The notes beneath the pieces are model-generated. The model saw only the letters and a list, made by a program, of their open reading frames with translations, did not search any database and was not told the DNA's origin. A stretch of 59,555 bases of DNA, filler included, from Blastocystis sp. subtype 4 (lineage: Eukaryota), in assembly GCF_000743755.1 (NCBI RefSeq). It is 5 parts of 5 records of this genome, joined end to end, with 100 filler letters (N's around TTAATTAATTAA, not from the genome) between each part and the next. Parts side by side here need not be neighbours in the genome. Positions count along the whole stretch, not along the records: positions 11,896 to 23,569 come from NW_014569242.1; positions 23,670 to 35,333 come from NW_014569241.1; 3 more parts are not named here. One strand, written 5' to 3'. Shown one piece after another: positions 12,429 through 25,112 of this stretch. Within the stretch, counting starts at the first letter, position 1, and each line of letters opens with the position of its first letter. A program made the translations under genes and the position numbers.

Positions 12429-14994
12429 ATGACTAGGATCTTCCCTTTTTTACTCATATTCGTTGTTGTTTTATCATCACCTATCCTTCGACCCAATTTA
12501 TATTTCGGAACACGAACTGCTCATGAAGCCTCACATCTTGTGCTTATTTGCAGTAATTATAATGAATAGACAGGAATTATGTGGTTTGAAGGCTCTCGCC
12601 TAGATAGTATTCGTCATGAATGTAAGCACCAGGATGATATTAAGAGGTGGGGATGGACAGAATTTGAAGAGGATACGTATGGAAAGCAAAGTTTAAGAGA
12701 TGTTCATAACCATTTAAAGCTGGATATGGTCTATTTAAAAGAGGGTGATGACTGGGTTCTTCAGGTGAATGGAACTGCCATTCGTGAGGAAAGGGTTCCT
12801 CGAAATGTCTCTATTGTTGTTTATTTGTCCGTGAATGGGAGAAACGGAACGTTATCGCTTCCAGTGTTGTCAGGAAAAGAAAAGAGTATGGTGTGTTGCT
12901 ACATTTCTTGTTGATTCATAGGGATATAAGGGTCCTATCGACATTCCATTCTATTCAGATGATTATGGGTATGGAAGATTCATTTTACGCGAGGATGCAC
13001 TCAATCAATCCCCGACAAATCTCAATCATCCCTTTTCTGCACTTCATATCAATACAGGTATTATTAATGACGATACTCGGCTCAAGAATTCATTCTGGTA
13101 TGCCTCCAAACGTGCCTCAGAGCCTTGGCGTGATGCTAAGTAGGAGTTTCATTATGGGAGTGAATGGAAGTATAGTAAAGAATCTCTTTTCAGAAACTCT
13201 CCAAACATGGATGACATCATGGAGAACAAAATTAAATATATATCGGATGAACCATCCATCAGATGATCTCCCCATTGTTACCAAGCAACAGTTGGATCGA
13301 CCTCTTCAACCTCTACTTCCTAATACTATCGCAGCTGATGCTACCTTTGTCGCTGTACAACGTGTATTTCAGCTTCCCTTTTCTCTTCGTCTCTATTTAG
13401 TGAAGGAGAGTCCAATTCAGGCCTCTGGTTTCTGGAGTTCGTTTACTTCGTCTCTTTCTCACTCACTCCGTCTCACTCATACTTCCGCTCTATCTTCTGC
13501 TACTCCGGAATCACTCCAGATCCGTTCTGCTGTCAGTAGTGAATCCTTCCAACAGAGGTTTAATCGTATTTTCGATCTCTCGTCCTTCTCCATTCGTCAG
13601 CAACAGGCTGCACAAGCTGCCATCAGCAATCTTGTTGGAAGTATCAGCTTTTTCGCTGGAGAGACCGTTCAAATTGGATCAGATGGACAACGAGTACCTG
13701 GACGTTATGGAACACTCTTCACTGCTATCCCTGGAAGATCCTATTTCCCGCGGGGATTTGTATGGGATGAGGGGTTCCATCAATTGGTAGTGAGTGAATG
13801 GAATACCACACTCACACTTCAGATTCTGCGGAGCTGGTTGAATCGGATGGAAGAGAGTGTAGTTATTGGAATGAGAGAATGACTTGTAGGGATACATTGA
13901 GCGTGAACAGATTCTGGGCAGTGAGGCAAGAGCCCAAGTTCCAGACGCTTTCGTGGCGCAAGATCCAATGATTGCAAATCCACCGACATTGCTTCTTCCT
14001 ATCCGTAAGCTGGCAAAACAGTTGAAAATGTCTGAATCCTATGTTGTTGAAATGAATGGAGAGTCTCAAGCCATGGATACAACACAAACTGCTATTGGTA
14101 CCTTCCTTGTTGAATCATTGCCTCGTCTTCAGCAGTGGATTCATTACATCATGAAGACACAATCCAGTAGTCTTCGTCATAGTTATCATTGGTATGGGCG
14201 CAACGACAAGCATTGTCTTGCATCAGGTTTTGATGACTTTCCTCGTCATTCAATCCTCTCAAATATGGAAGGACATGTGGATTTGTTGGCCTGGCTTGTC
14301 TATTCATTGAAGACATTAGCAGAGTTACAAGAATTAGTTGATCCTGAGTCAGAGAGTCTGCAACAGTTACGAAACCAAGCAGAAGAGCTTCAGAATCATC
14401 TGCTGAATGAGTATTGGGATGCTTCTGTTGGGTTCTTTGGAGACTTAGGAATGATTCGCTCAGGTGAGCAACAAGTTATTGGATTTGAGACTCATGTGGG
14501 TTATGTTGGGTTGTTACCATTCGCTTTGCAATTGCTGGAGTCATCAGATCCACGAATCGAGAAGATTTTGGATGCAATCGAAGACCCTGAACAAGTAATG
14601 AAAGAGAGAATGAATTGATACGTAGTTATGGTCAAAATATGGATTACGATCATTATCAAAACGAGATATGTTATTTGGACAGGAAGAGGATTATTGGAGA
14701 GGAAAAGTCTGGCTTAATATCAACTATCTTGTATTACAAGCACTTAAACAGAAGTATTCAGTAGAAGGACCATTTTCAGATCGATGTAGTGAGGTGTATA
14801 AGAGGTTGAGAGAGAATCTGATATCTAATGTGATTCGACAAGTAGGAGAGGAGGACTGGATTTGAGCATAGTACAAAGCGACTGGCTTCTTCTGGGAAAA
14901 TTATAGTTCGATAGATGGGAAAGGAACAGGAGTTCATCCTTTTACTGGATGGACAACATTGATTGTACTAATAATGAGTGAGAAGTATGACTGA
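12429..14994 (+). CDS. MOGS: Mannosyl-oligosaccharide glucosidase I (GH63), multi-exon
   Basis: RPNLYFGTR, GIMWF, PGRSYFPRGFVWDEGFH, IEREQILG, LASGFDDFPR, YWRGKVWLNINYL, WENY, HPFTGWT; TGA at 14992 followed by TGTTTGTT at 14997. Confidence 0.95.
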
Positions 14995-15019
14995 TTTGTT
15001 TGTTTCACTATGAAAGTCT

Positions 15020-16605
15020 TTAACTAACATGGAATGTTACAGTAATCTTATATACTTGTATTCCTGTCTTTGTTGCTAGGAGATGAATAGGAGATTGAAT
15101 TGGTAGAATGACCTGATCATTAATTGAATCTGAGATATCTATTGTAATGTCATTAGTTGCCATCTCATTAACTTGAACCAAGTGAATGCATCCATCACTA
15201 ACTACACTCACGAGCAACTGATTCCAATTCAATCGAAGGAGAGAAGGATGAATAGGCATTGTAGCGGGAATCGACACCTGCTTCTTTTTTTCATCTATTG
15301 ATCATCATCCAATTCAAATTCGACAGTTCCACATCATATTCTGATTTGTACCAGAAATCAAATCAACTCCTTCACATCCCGAAATCCCAAACAAAATATC
15401 TTCGTCCTCCTGAATCACTGTGGCTGGACCCCACCAAGTATCATTCTTAGTTGATTGGGACCATTTTCCAGTACGTGTCCATGAATCAGACACATCAGCA
15501 TAATTCAAGACTTGATTCCGGAAAGTATCACTGGAAGAGCCATGTTGTGTTGTGTATAGTACATTGTGAGGTTGAGGAGAGAACAGAGATTGGATGCGTC
15601 CTGGAGACCGTATAACCTGGGAAAATGACAAAAAGGAACGAATATCGAGTTCTACTAGAGACGTTGAACAAGCAGAATAACTACGAATAAAAACCAAAGC
15701 GAATGGCAACATGAGAAAAGGGGAGCATGAAGTAGTTGCTGATAGAATAGGTTCACTGTAGGAGAATGAATACACAATTGAGTTGGAACGAGTATCGTAG
15801 AGATGCTGAGTATTCCCACAAGAGATGAGTAGTGATGAATTTAGTGTGGAGCATTTAATACCAGTAATTGCTTGATCAGGAATCGTGAATGAAGAAACAA
15901 CTGTTCCACTAGACGCATCGATGGAACTCAGACGCGATAATAAGGGTACAGACTTATCAGCTGATTGAGCAAAATAGAAGGAATGACAGGAAGATGGATT
16001 ATTATACGCATCCACAGAATCAGGAGTGAGGAAGGCAGAGTTCCCACAAGCAACAGAGATCAAATGATTACTACTAATAGAACTCACATCTTCAGGTTGT
16101 GTTTGACTCGATTCTGGAGTGACCGGATTAGTACTTGCTTCTACCACATCTCCATTTTGTTGACCTAATTGTTGTCGTAATTCTCGGAGCTCGGCTTCTT
16201 GTTGTAAGATTCGCTCCTCAGCCTAGATATTATTACATATCACAGCTGAAACAGTCTCTCGAAGGCTTCTTTCTCGCTGCAGTTTGATTTCAAGATCATG
16301 AATTCGACTATCATCCCGGATTACCATTGAGTCGCAAAATAATTTCCGAACATCTGATTTCTTTGCAGGAGCATAACAAATGGGGCAATACTTGGTTTTC
16401 TATATCTGATATCCATTCTCCAATCCAACATCAAGACTCTTCATAATACATTGGTAGCAGAAGATGTGACCACATTTCAGACAGATTACTTGAGAGGGTC
16501 CATAATTCGATAATTGCTGAAAGCATATTCCACAAACATTCTATGTTTCATTCACCAATGTCGGGTGTATACACGTCCTAGTGATGACCCTCCTTGTGAA
16601 GACAT
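15020..16605 (-). CDS. RING-finger E3 ligase with coiled coil and degenerate beta-propeller (RFWD3-like architecture)
   Basis: Spliced CGICFQQLSNYGPSQVICLKCGHIFCYQC...YCPIC RING, coiled coil, WD-like strands (HLYDTRS, ELDIR). Confidence 0.7.
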
Positions 16606-16621
16606 GATAAACAAACAAATG

Positions 16622-18046
16622 ACATCCACTGTTCCCTTAATTTTGGACTCTGAATGTGTCTTCGATTCAGAGCACTTTGTAAATCCGCAATACAATAAGC
16701 AATATCGTTTTCTATTCCTCATACCTCAGCGTGAACCTAACGATTCAAAAGGATAATAGCCAGATCTGTCTTCGATTTTCCATTCAAGAAATTAATAATA
16801 TACTTAGCACCATCATCTGTCAAATTGTTCCCTTTGAATTATCTCAAAAATCATATCAAACAAGATAAATCTAAGAGACGAACTGGACATGATATCTCTC
16901 GTAATGCTAATAACACCGCTAGAACTCCTTTCGCTGTAATATTATTCTCTATCACTCAACCTCCAGTATGAAGCTCACCTGCAATCAAGAGTTCTTGGAG
17001 TGCAGGAAGTGACTTCGTTTTCAAGATCCCGCGTAAGTGATTGCACCCATCGGCTTCTAAGCACATTCCACTAATCACTAATCGACGAAGAACTCTGCAG
17101 TGACCCTTTCCAAGTCCTTCAAGGAGGCCTGAAAGCATATCATCAGAATAATTGTCTATGATCAATCGATATGAATAATCTAACATGACATATCCAATGC
17201 AATAAGATTTGGGAGCTTTCCATCACCAAGAATCCTTCCAACACGATTAATACTAGCAGGAGATAAATCACATTCTATGAATAAAAATAAGTGATATAAT
17301 GCTACGTGATAATGATAATTCATTCAAACTCGCTTCTCGGTTCTCGACGACATCCATCAAAGCATTAAAACCTGTATCGCCTATATGATTCTCTGCATAT
17401 TATCCAAACGATCGCAACTGTACCATTAAGGTTCAATTTCAACCAAGGAATGGGGGAAAGTGACATGACCTCGGAAAGCGCAATGGCTCCTTTTTCTCCT
17501 AATTCATTTACTGTAATTCATTCATCAATTAATAGAATACAATTCAGAGAGACTGCCTGTAGTTTTTCACACTTCTTACTCTCGAAGGCCGCTTTTAGAT
17601 AGGCAACCGATTCGACCGTTAATTTGTTATCTGATTGTTATATTTATTCAATTAGATACCATCTACATTGATGTAAATCAGATTGGGTAAAGCACCAGCA
17701 AGAATAACATCAATGATCGCTTTGAATCCCTCATCTGTTAGTGCGTTTCCTGTTGATCAGAAACAACCACTTTGATCTACCACTCAGATTGAGTTCCTGC
17801 AAAAATGTCATAGGCTTTGAAGTCATCACATTCTTAAGATATTTCGCTCCATCGACACCAATCTCACAGTCTATAAGTGAATCATACTATTATTCACAAC
17901 AAAACATATCTAGAACATGCAGTTCAGCAAATTGCTCTCCGCTGATAATCTCTTCCAGGTGTTTCACTCCATCAAGGAACTTCTCTTTCCCTATACATAA
18001 ATTTGTTTTAATCGATTTTACACTCCAAATCATAAATTTTCTCCAT
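16622..18046 (-). CDS. RI-like leucine-rich-repeat protein with 11 phase-1 introns; stop completed by poly(A) (T at 16622)
   Basis: Spliced repeats LQELNLS-GNALTDEG, LDMS-YN, LLDLS-WNNLTDDGAKY; ends ...KLREQWM-T-catt-TGTTTGTT. Confidence 0.88.
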
Positions 18047-18202
18047 TGTTTCAGTACAAATCACCGAGAAATGGAAAACAAGAGGGGAAATCGCGGGAAT
18101 CCCTTACTGTTTCATTATCCAATCATCATCAAGAACTTTGCCTCCAAATCCAACTCTTGCATTGAAGTGGAACATCGCTTCAGGTGAGTTGAATTGGTCC
18201 TA

Positions 18203-19625
18203 ATGAACGAGGAAGGAGAGAAACAACCAATTGTTGTGAACGGTATGCTGTTCTTGTTGTTATTTATTTGGGTAGTTGAGGTTCAGATTGACAGCAAGTC
18301 CTCCGAGAGTCTGGAACAATTACAGTCTTCATTGAGGTACTTTTTGGAAACAAATTGCATCAATTTCTGTAATGGTAATGTCGATTTTTCTGGAAATGTG
18401 TACTTGATGCAACATGTGGAGTCAATCTTGATCTGTGATATCCCTTCATCCATTTTGTCGGTTCCATTTTGGCAAGCAGATCTCCATATTCATCTTTACA
18501 CACTCAGTGCAGAAGGATCAGCAGCAGAAACTCTGGAAGGTGCCAGTGATGTAACTGCGTATCATGAATGGATGCTCCCATGTACAGAGTTTCATAATCT
18601 GTGGGAACAGTATATCCTGAATATGATTCATTACTCATAGTCTGGTGTTTGAAGAGGAAATCAAAGCAGATCTATTGAACTACGCAACAGCTGCATTCTT
18701 CTTCTCTAAACACAATGTTAACCCAACAATCATTTCGCTTAATCGTGTTCTTCTTCTGCATGGTCCTCCAGGAACAGGTAAAACATCACTATGCAAAGCC
18801 TTAGCTCAAAAACTATCGATTCGATACTATAGTCAATATCATCACATTGCTCTTATCGAGATTAATAGTCACAGTTTATTCAGTAAATGGTTCAGTGAGA
18901 GTGGAAAGCTTGTAATGAAACTCTTTGATTATATTCATGATCTTCTTGCGAATGCAGATACTTTGCTTTTCATCCTCATTGGTCTCTCTATTGTTTTGTT
19001 GTGATTTGTAGATGAGGTTGAATCACTCTCAGCTTCCAGAAAGGCCTCTCTTTCTGGATCCGAACCATCGGATGGAATGCGTGTTGTAAATGCGTTATTG
19101 ACCCAAGTATGTACAAACTTGTTGTCATGAAGAATAGATTGATAAGTTGAGAAACAATGCAGATGTGATGATTCTGACTACGAGTAATCTTTCTGGATCT
19201 ATTGACGATGCTTTTATTGACAGAGCAGATATCAAACGATTTATTGGAAATCCAGGAATGAGAGCTCGTTTTCTTATCTTGCGTGATTGCCTCGAAGTAG
19301 ATTATCTTTTGTGTATGAAACATAGGAGCTGATGCGTACAGCAATCATTCAAGATTCTATACCAAGATTTGATTATGAGACTGTGATGGCAAGTGAAGGA
19401 TCGGACGAAGTTTTTTCCCTGTTCCGAGAGTGTGTATATGAAAGTGATGGATTGAGTGGTCGATGTTTACGGAAACTTCCTTTTCAAGCCTATGCCATGT
19501 GGTTATGTGGCAGTACTGTGAGTCTGAAGGAGTATTTGAATGCTCTTAAGAGAAGTGTGATTGTATAGGATTGATTGTAGATTCACCAGTAGAAAGAGAA
19601 ATCTGATCGTTTGCTTATACACTGA
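18203..19625 (+). CDS. PCH2: Pachytene checkpoint protein 2 / TRIP13 AAA+ ATPase, multi-exon
   Basis: [87 protein letters not shown] at 19623. Confidence 0.96.
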
Positions 19626-19662
19626 CAATGTTTGTTGAAATCAAAAAGGGAAACTATACAAA

Positions 19663-21337
19663 TTACTTCTTTGATCGTGCTGAACGACGTGGACTCACTG
19701 CCCTTGTTCTTGGTTTCGGTGTACGTGTACTCTTTCGAGGAGTTGTTGGAGTCTTTGTTCGTGTCGACTTCCGAGGAGTAGCCTTTACAGCATCAAGATT
19801 TGTCATATCTGGAGTTTCTTGTTCTGTTGGCTTGTCTTCTGTAGGATTATCTTCAGGCTTGTCTTCATCTGGCTTGTCTTCAACAGGTTTGTCTTCTGCA
19901 GGGTTCTTCTCTTCCGGTTTTTCTTCTAGCTTGTCTTCTTCTGGTTTGTCTTCAGGTTTGATCTGTTCCACATCCTTCGTTTCTTCTGACACTACTGGGT
20001 TCTCTTCTTGCATTCCAGTCTCCAGTTCTGGCTTCTCTTCCACAGACATCACATTCTCTTCATCAGTTTTGTTTGACTTTGGTTCTGTTTGCATCAAAGA
20101 AGTCTGTTCTTGTTTCATCTCATTCTTCTGTTCCTCCATTTTCCCTTCATCATTCATCATCTCAGCATGAGTAGGTTTCTCTTCCTCCTCCATCTTCTTC
20201 ATTTCCTCTTCTCCTTCACTGTTACCCATGTCAAGAATACTATTGTTTTCTTCAACAGCCTTCTCTACGACCTTCTCTACGACCTTCTCCACAACCTTCT
20301 CTACAGGCTTCTCCACAGCTTTCTCCATCTTCTCTCTCATTTCCACTTGAGTCTGATACTGCTCCTTCAAGCCACGAATCTCATTCTCAATCCGAGTACG
20401 TTCCTCCTCCAATCGTTGTTCCATTTCCTTTCGACTCCTCTCTACATATCCGTCACTCGCCTCATTCCCATTGGCTGCTCTCCAATAGATCACAGGCTCT
20501 GCTTCTGTGTGTCCAAATCGACCCAGCATCTGATAACTATTGGATCGATTCATCAAGGCCTTACGCAAACGCAAAATGCGTTCTTCTAATTGCAATTCGT
20601 TCAAACGTGCCAACTCTTTCTCTTTCTCTTCCTTCTTCACTTGAATCTGGGTTTGACGAATCAACTCACTCTCTTGACGCTCTCGTTCCAATGCTTCTTG
20701 CTCCAACTTACGCTACAAATCAACTACAAGAATGGAAATCACTTGACGTTCAAAAAGAGAATGGTCTTTAGTTAGAATTGTACGTGCCTGATTCAGATGA
20801 CCAAGAAGGTTACCAAACATTCGTTTATTACGAGTTTGGGCAGTATCACCCATCTTGCTAGAAATCGATTGAATTGCAGCCTTTCTATCAATAAACATCA
20901 ATTCCAATCCATACCTCTCTTCTTTGGTCGTTTCAGTGATCTGGATCTCCTGGAAAGCACCTCCACTTCTCTACATGATAAACGAACACTATTAGTCCAA
21001 ACAGAACCACGACGATCTGCAACAGATACAGCAGATGACACCACACGCTTTTTTGAATCACTAAGTATTACTTCTGCTTGTAAACCGCACTTTTCTTCGT
21101 CCATACTCCTTTCTTCATTTACTCGTTTCATTTGCTCGTGGTCCCTTTCTAGACATTCCATCTTCAACAAAACACTTACTTCTTCGTGGGTTAATTTCAT
21201 TCAGACGAGTTACAGCTTTTTCTCGCTCCATTTGAATACGTTTCAACTCTGCAGTGAGATCTTCGTTAACTACAAAGAAAATCAGTATTGAAGAATTAAG
21301 GTGAAAGTAACATACTCTGATCAGACTTTGACTCCAT
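19663..21337 (-). CDS. PNN: Pinin/SDK/MemA-domain protein with a long acidic, repetitive tail
   Basis: RNKRMFGNLLGHLNQA and TEAEPVIYW pinin motifs; VEKV and EDKP repeats; basic TPRKSTR tail. Confidence 0.75.
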
Positions 21338-21550
21338 TCCTAGATTCTAATCTGCTTTTCTTTGAGAGATTTCTCGACATGAAAGAAGCCGAATAAAACG
21401 GGGAAAAGATAATCTTGACGGAATTGGACACAAGCAATAACATTCATAGTATTGATTAGTTGTCGATAAGCCTTTCAATGACTGGGACAGTTCATAGAAG
21501 AGAATGAATGGCCCCAAGCATTGTCATTTCCAGGAAACAAACACAATGGA

Positions 21551-22307
21551 TTACAATAAATTGGCTTTTACAAACTTAGTAGTTTGTAATGTGTCAAATA
21601 CTTCCTTGTGATCCAGATACATCATATACTCGATAGGTTCGGGATTGTAATGATAGATTTCTGCACATCCCACAGGCTTGATGTCATTACTGTTCATCAT
21701 AGCAGTAATTGCAGGATAGCTAAGTTTGAATTAATCAAAACGATCTTACATTTTCATTGGACCAAGCATGTACGAAAGACTGTTACGGTATGGGAATGAC
21801 CCATACATTACTCTGGATTTTGGAATCGTGAGTACCGAGTACTCAGTAGATACAGGAAGTTGTTTTGCTACTTCTAACATCTCAGGAACGTCATCAAGAA
21901 TGAAGAAACAACTCCACTCATTATCTTCTTAGCATCAAATGTATTCATGAACAATACCTGGATTCTTAACAGCGCTAGGTGTTGTGTAATAGAAACCACC
22001 CATTCTGGGAAAGATCGTTATACCAGGAAGCAATTCCCTAGCTCTCTTCTCCATATGTGCTGCACCCTTCGCTGTATCCTTCATAGATCCCGTATAGTTG
22101 AAGTTGCTATTCTTACATTCAACCACCACACATTACAGGACTGTCATTTCGGGAACCTCTCTTACGTCGATGACAATCTTTCTGTGTGTAATGAATCCAC
22201 TTAGTAACCTACCTAAACACTCCCATATACAAGAGCCATAGAAGGATAGTAATGCCGAATGCAACAAGAGCAATCAAGATATATGTGAGAATTGTAAGAT
22301 CAAACAT
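21551..22307 (-). CDS. TEX264: TEX264-like protein: N-terminal TM anchor and GyrI-like domain
   Basis: Hydrophobic N-terminus; GFYYTTPSAV, SFPYRNSLSYMLGPMKIYPAI and EIYH parallel the TEX264 YYDNP, FPY...HPAL and EIY blocks (from memory). Confidence 0.7.
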
Positions 22308-22528
22308 TGATAAAGTAATAATGGACTGTAAATGGAGAAAACGAATGCTCTGAGGAAACCAATAGAATTACATTATATTATTCGTTTATCCAATTATATG
22401 TACAGAACGAAATTTTGGCGGCAACTGCAATAGATAAACAGCAGTACTTCAATTCTTACAAGAATCCTTGTCGATAATCTATATGATAACACATTTCCAT
22501 CTAAGAATTGGTAATCAGTGTGTACCAG

Positions 22529-23268
22529 ATGGATAGTACTTAGTAGTTCTTGATTGACCATCATTCAGCTTCATTTGTCTTTTGGATGTTACACACTTGT
22601 GATAGAAATAAAGATTCACTGTCATTCTTTGAATCATTGATCGCATCATCGATAGTCATGGAGTTCAAAATCACCATCCAAAATCACTGAAAGAGTATGA
22701 ATTCAACCAAACGATATATGTTTCTATTCTGATTACAAGGTTGTGAGATATGTTGGTGCTACTCTTACTATTCCTCTCATCTCTCTTTCTCAATTCACTC
22801 GTCCTTCTCGAATTGTATTTGGAGATAGTTCTTTCAAGATGGAAGGATTCAACCCACTGATTCAATGGATGGTTGATAATTGTGATAGGGGATACTTCAT
22901 GAATCTTGAATACTTCCAAGTGATTGGTCACAAAGTGCTTCTCATGAGGCTTCAAAAGATGTGAGTTATATAGCTATCAGTGTGTCAAATCTTCGTACAG
23001 TGTGTACTGATAAGGTGAACATCCCTGAACTGATACAGATAAACTTCGATAACAATGCTTACATGAAAATGATGACTATCAATTCGATAATGCCTTGAGT
23101 AATGCCTGTAACAGGAATGATAGTGGAATTAGTACTATGAAAGTATCAGTATCATACGATACAGTGGGTTCTACTACGAATTCTGATAATCTGAGATACT
23201 GTGATATGAGTAATGACAAAGAGGTGATCAATGTTGTGTTCACTTGGAACGGGGAGATGGAAAACTGA
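22529..23268 (+). CDS. Probable multi-exon hypothetical protein; boundaries uncertain
   Basis: Exon-like ORF 22743-22964 and intron-sized GT..AG segments; TGTTTGTA near 23283. Confidence 0.3.
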
Positions 23269-23426
23269 TTGATAGGTTTCTATGTTTGTAATACTACAAC
23301 TCTCACACCCAGGAATAGAAATACTAATTCATTATGATTCTAATATCACTAATCAAAGAGGATATCCATCATTCTCAAACCAAAATGACACGACATCTCA
23401 TTCTTCATTATCAAAACAAACAATCC

Positions 23427-23569
23427 ATTCCACTTCCTTTGACTTTTCAACCAATTGACTAAACAGACTCGTTGGATTAGCTAGAAGAGTTGAAGGCTTG
23501 TCATACTCCTTCACTTCTCCCATCTCCAACACTAAAACTCGATCACTATCAATGATTGTGTGAATACGA
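23427..23569 (-). CDS. 3' fragment of an ABCC/MRP-type ABC transporter; stop completed by poly(A)
   Basis: RIHTIIDSDRVLVLEMGEVKEYDKPSTLL is a typical ABCC NBD2 end; ...KEVE-T-ggat-TGTTTGTT. Confidence 0.88.
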
Positions 23570-23669
23570 NNNNNNNNNNNNNNNNNNNNNNNNNNNNNNN
23601 NNNNNNNNNNNNNTTAATTAATTAANNNNNNNNNNNNNNNNNNNNNNNNNNNNNNNNNNNNNNNNNNNN
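23570..23669. other. Artificial contig spacer
   Basis: 44 N + TTAATTAATTAA (23614-23625) + 44 N. Confidence 0.97.
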
Positions 23670-23767
23670 GTTCTCGTCCTGGTCAGAGTGGTCGTGCTGA
23701 TGGTTACATTCTTGAGGATGAGGAGCTTGCCTTCTATCACAAGAAGATCAACCAGAAGAAGAAGTAA
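23670..23767 (+). CDS. RPS8: 3' fragment of 40S ribosomal protein S8 (eS8)
   Basis: [26 protein letters not shown], then TAA. Confidence 0.95.
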
Positions 23768-23831
23768 GTGGTTTATCAGTCGTACAAGCGGTTGTGATGT
23801 GTTTCTTACAAACAAAAGAGATAAGACCAAA

Positions 23832-25003
<1,172 letters not shown>

Positions 25004-25112
25004 CTATTTCCAAATCCGTTTTGGTAATTGTGTTTCATTCTGGTTTATCCCCCACATGAATCGTTTTGAAAATGAATTAAAATGAGCATGGTTTGTAATT
25101 AACAAACAAAGG

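Noticed and set aside
19628..20775. Long plus-strand Ser/Phe/Leu-rich ORFs
   Set aside because: Shadow frames of the E/K-rich pinin tail
21270..21315. 46-nt pinin intron containing CCTTAAT as a second possible U12 intron
   Set aside because: Donor is GTATGTT rather than RTATCCT, and the box is far from the acceptor
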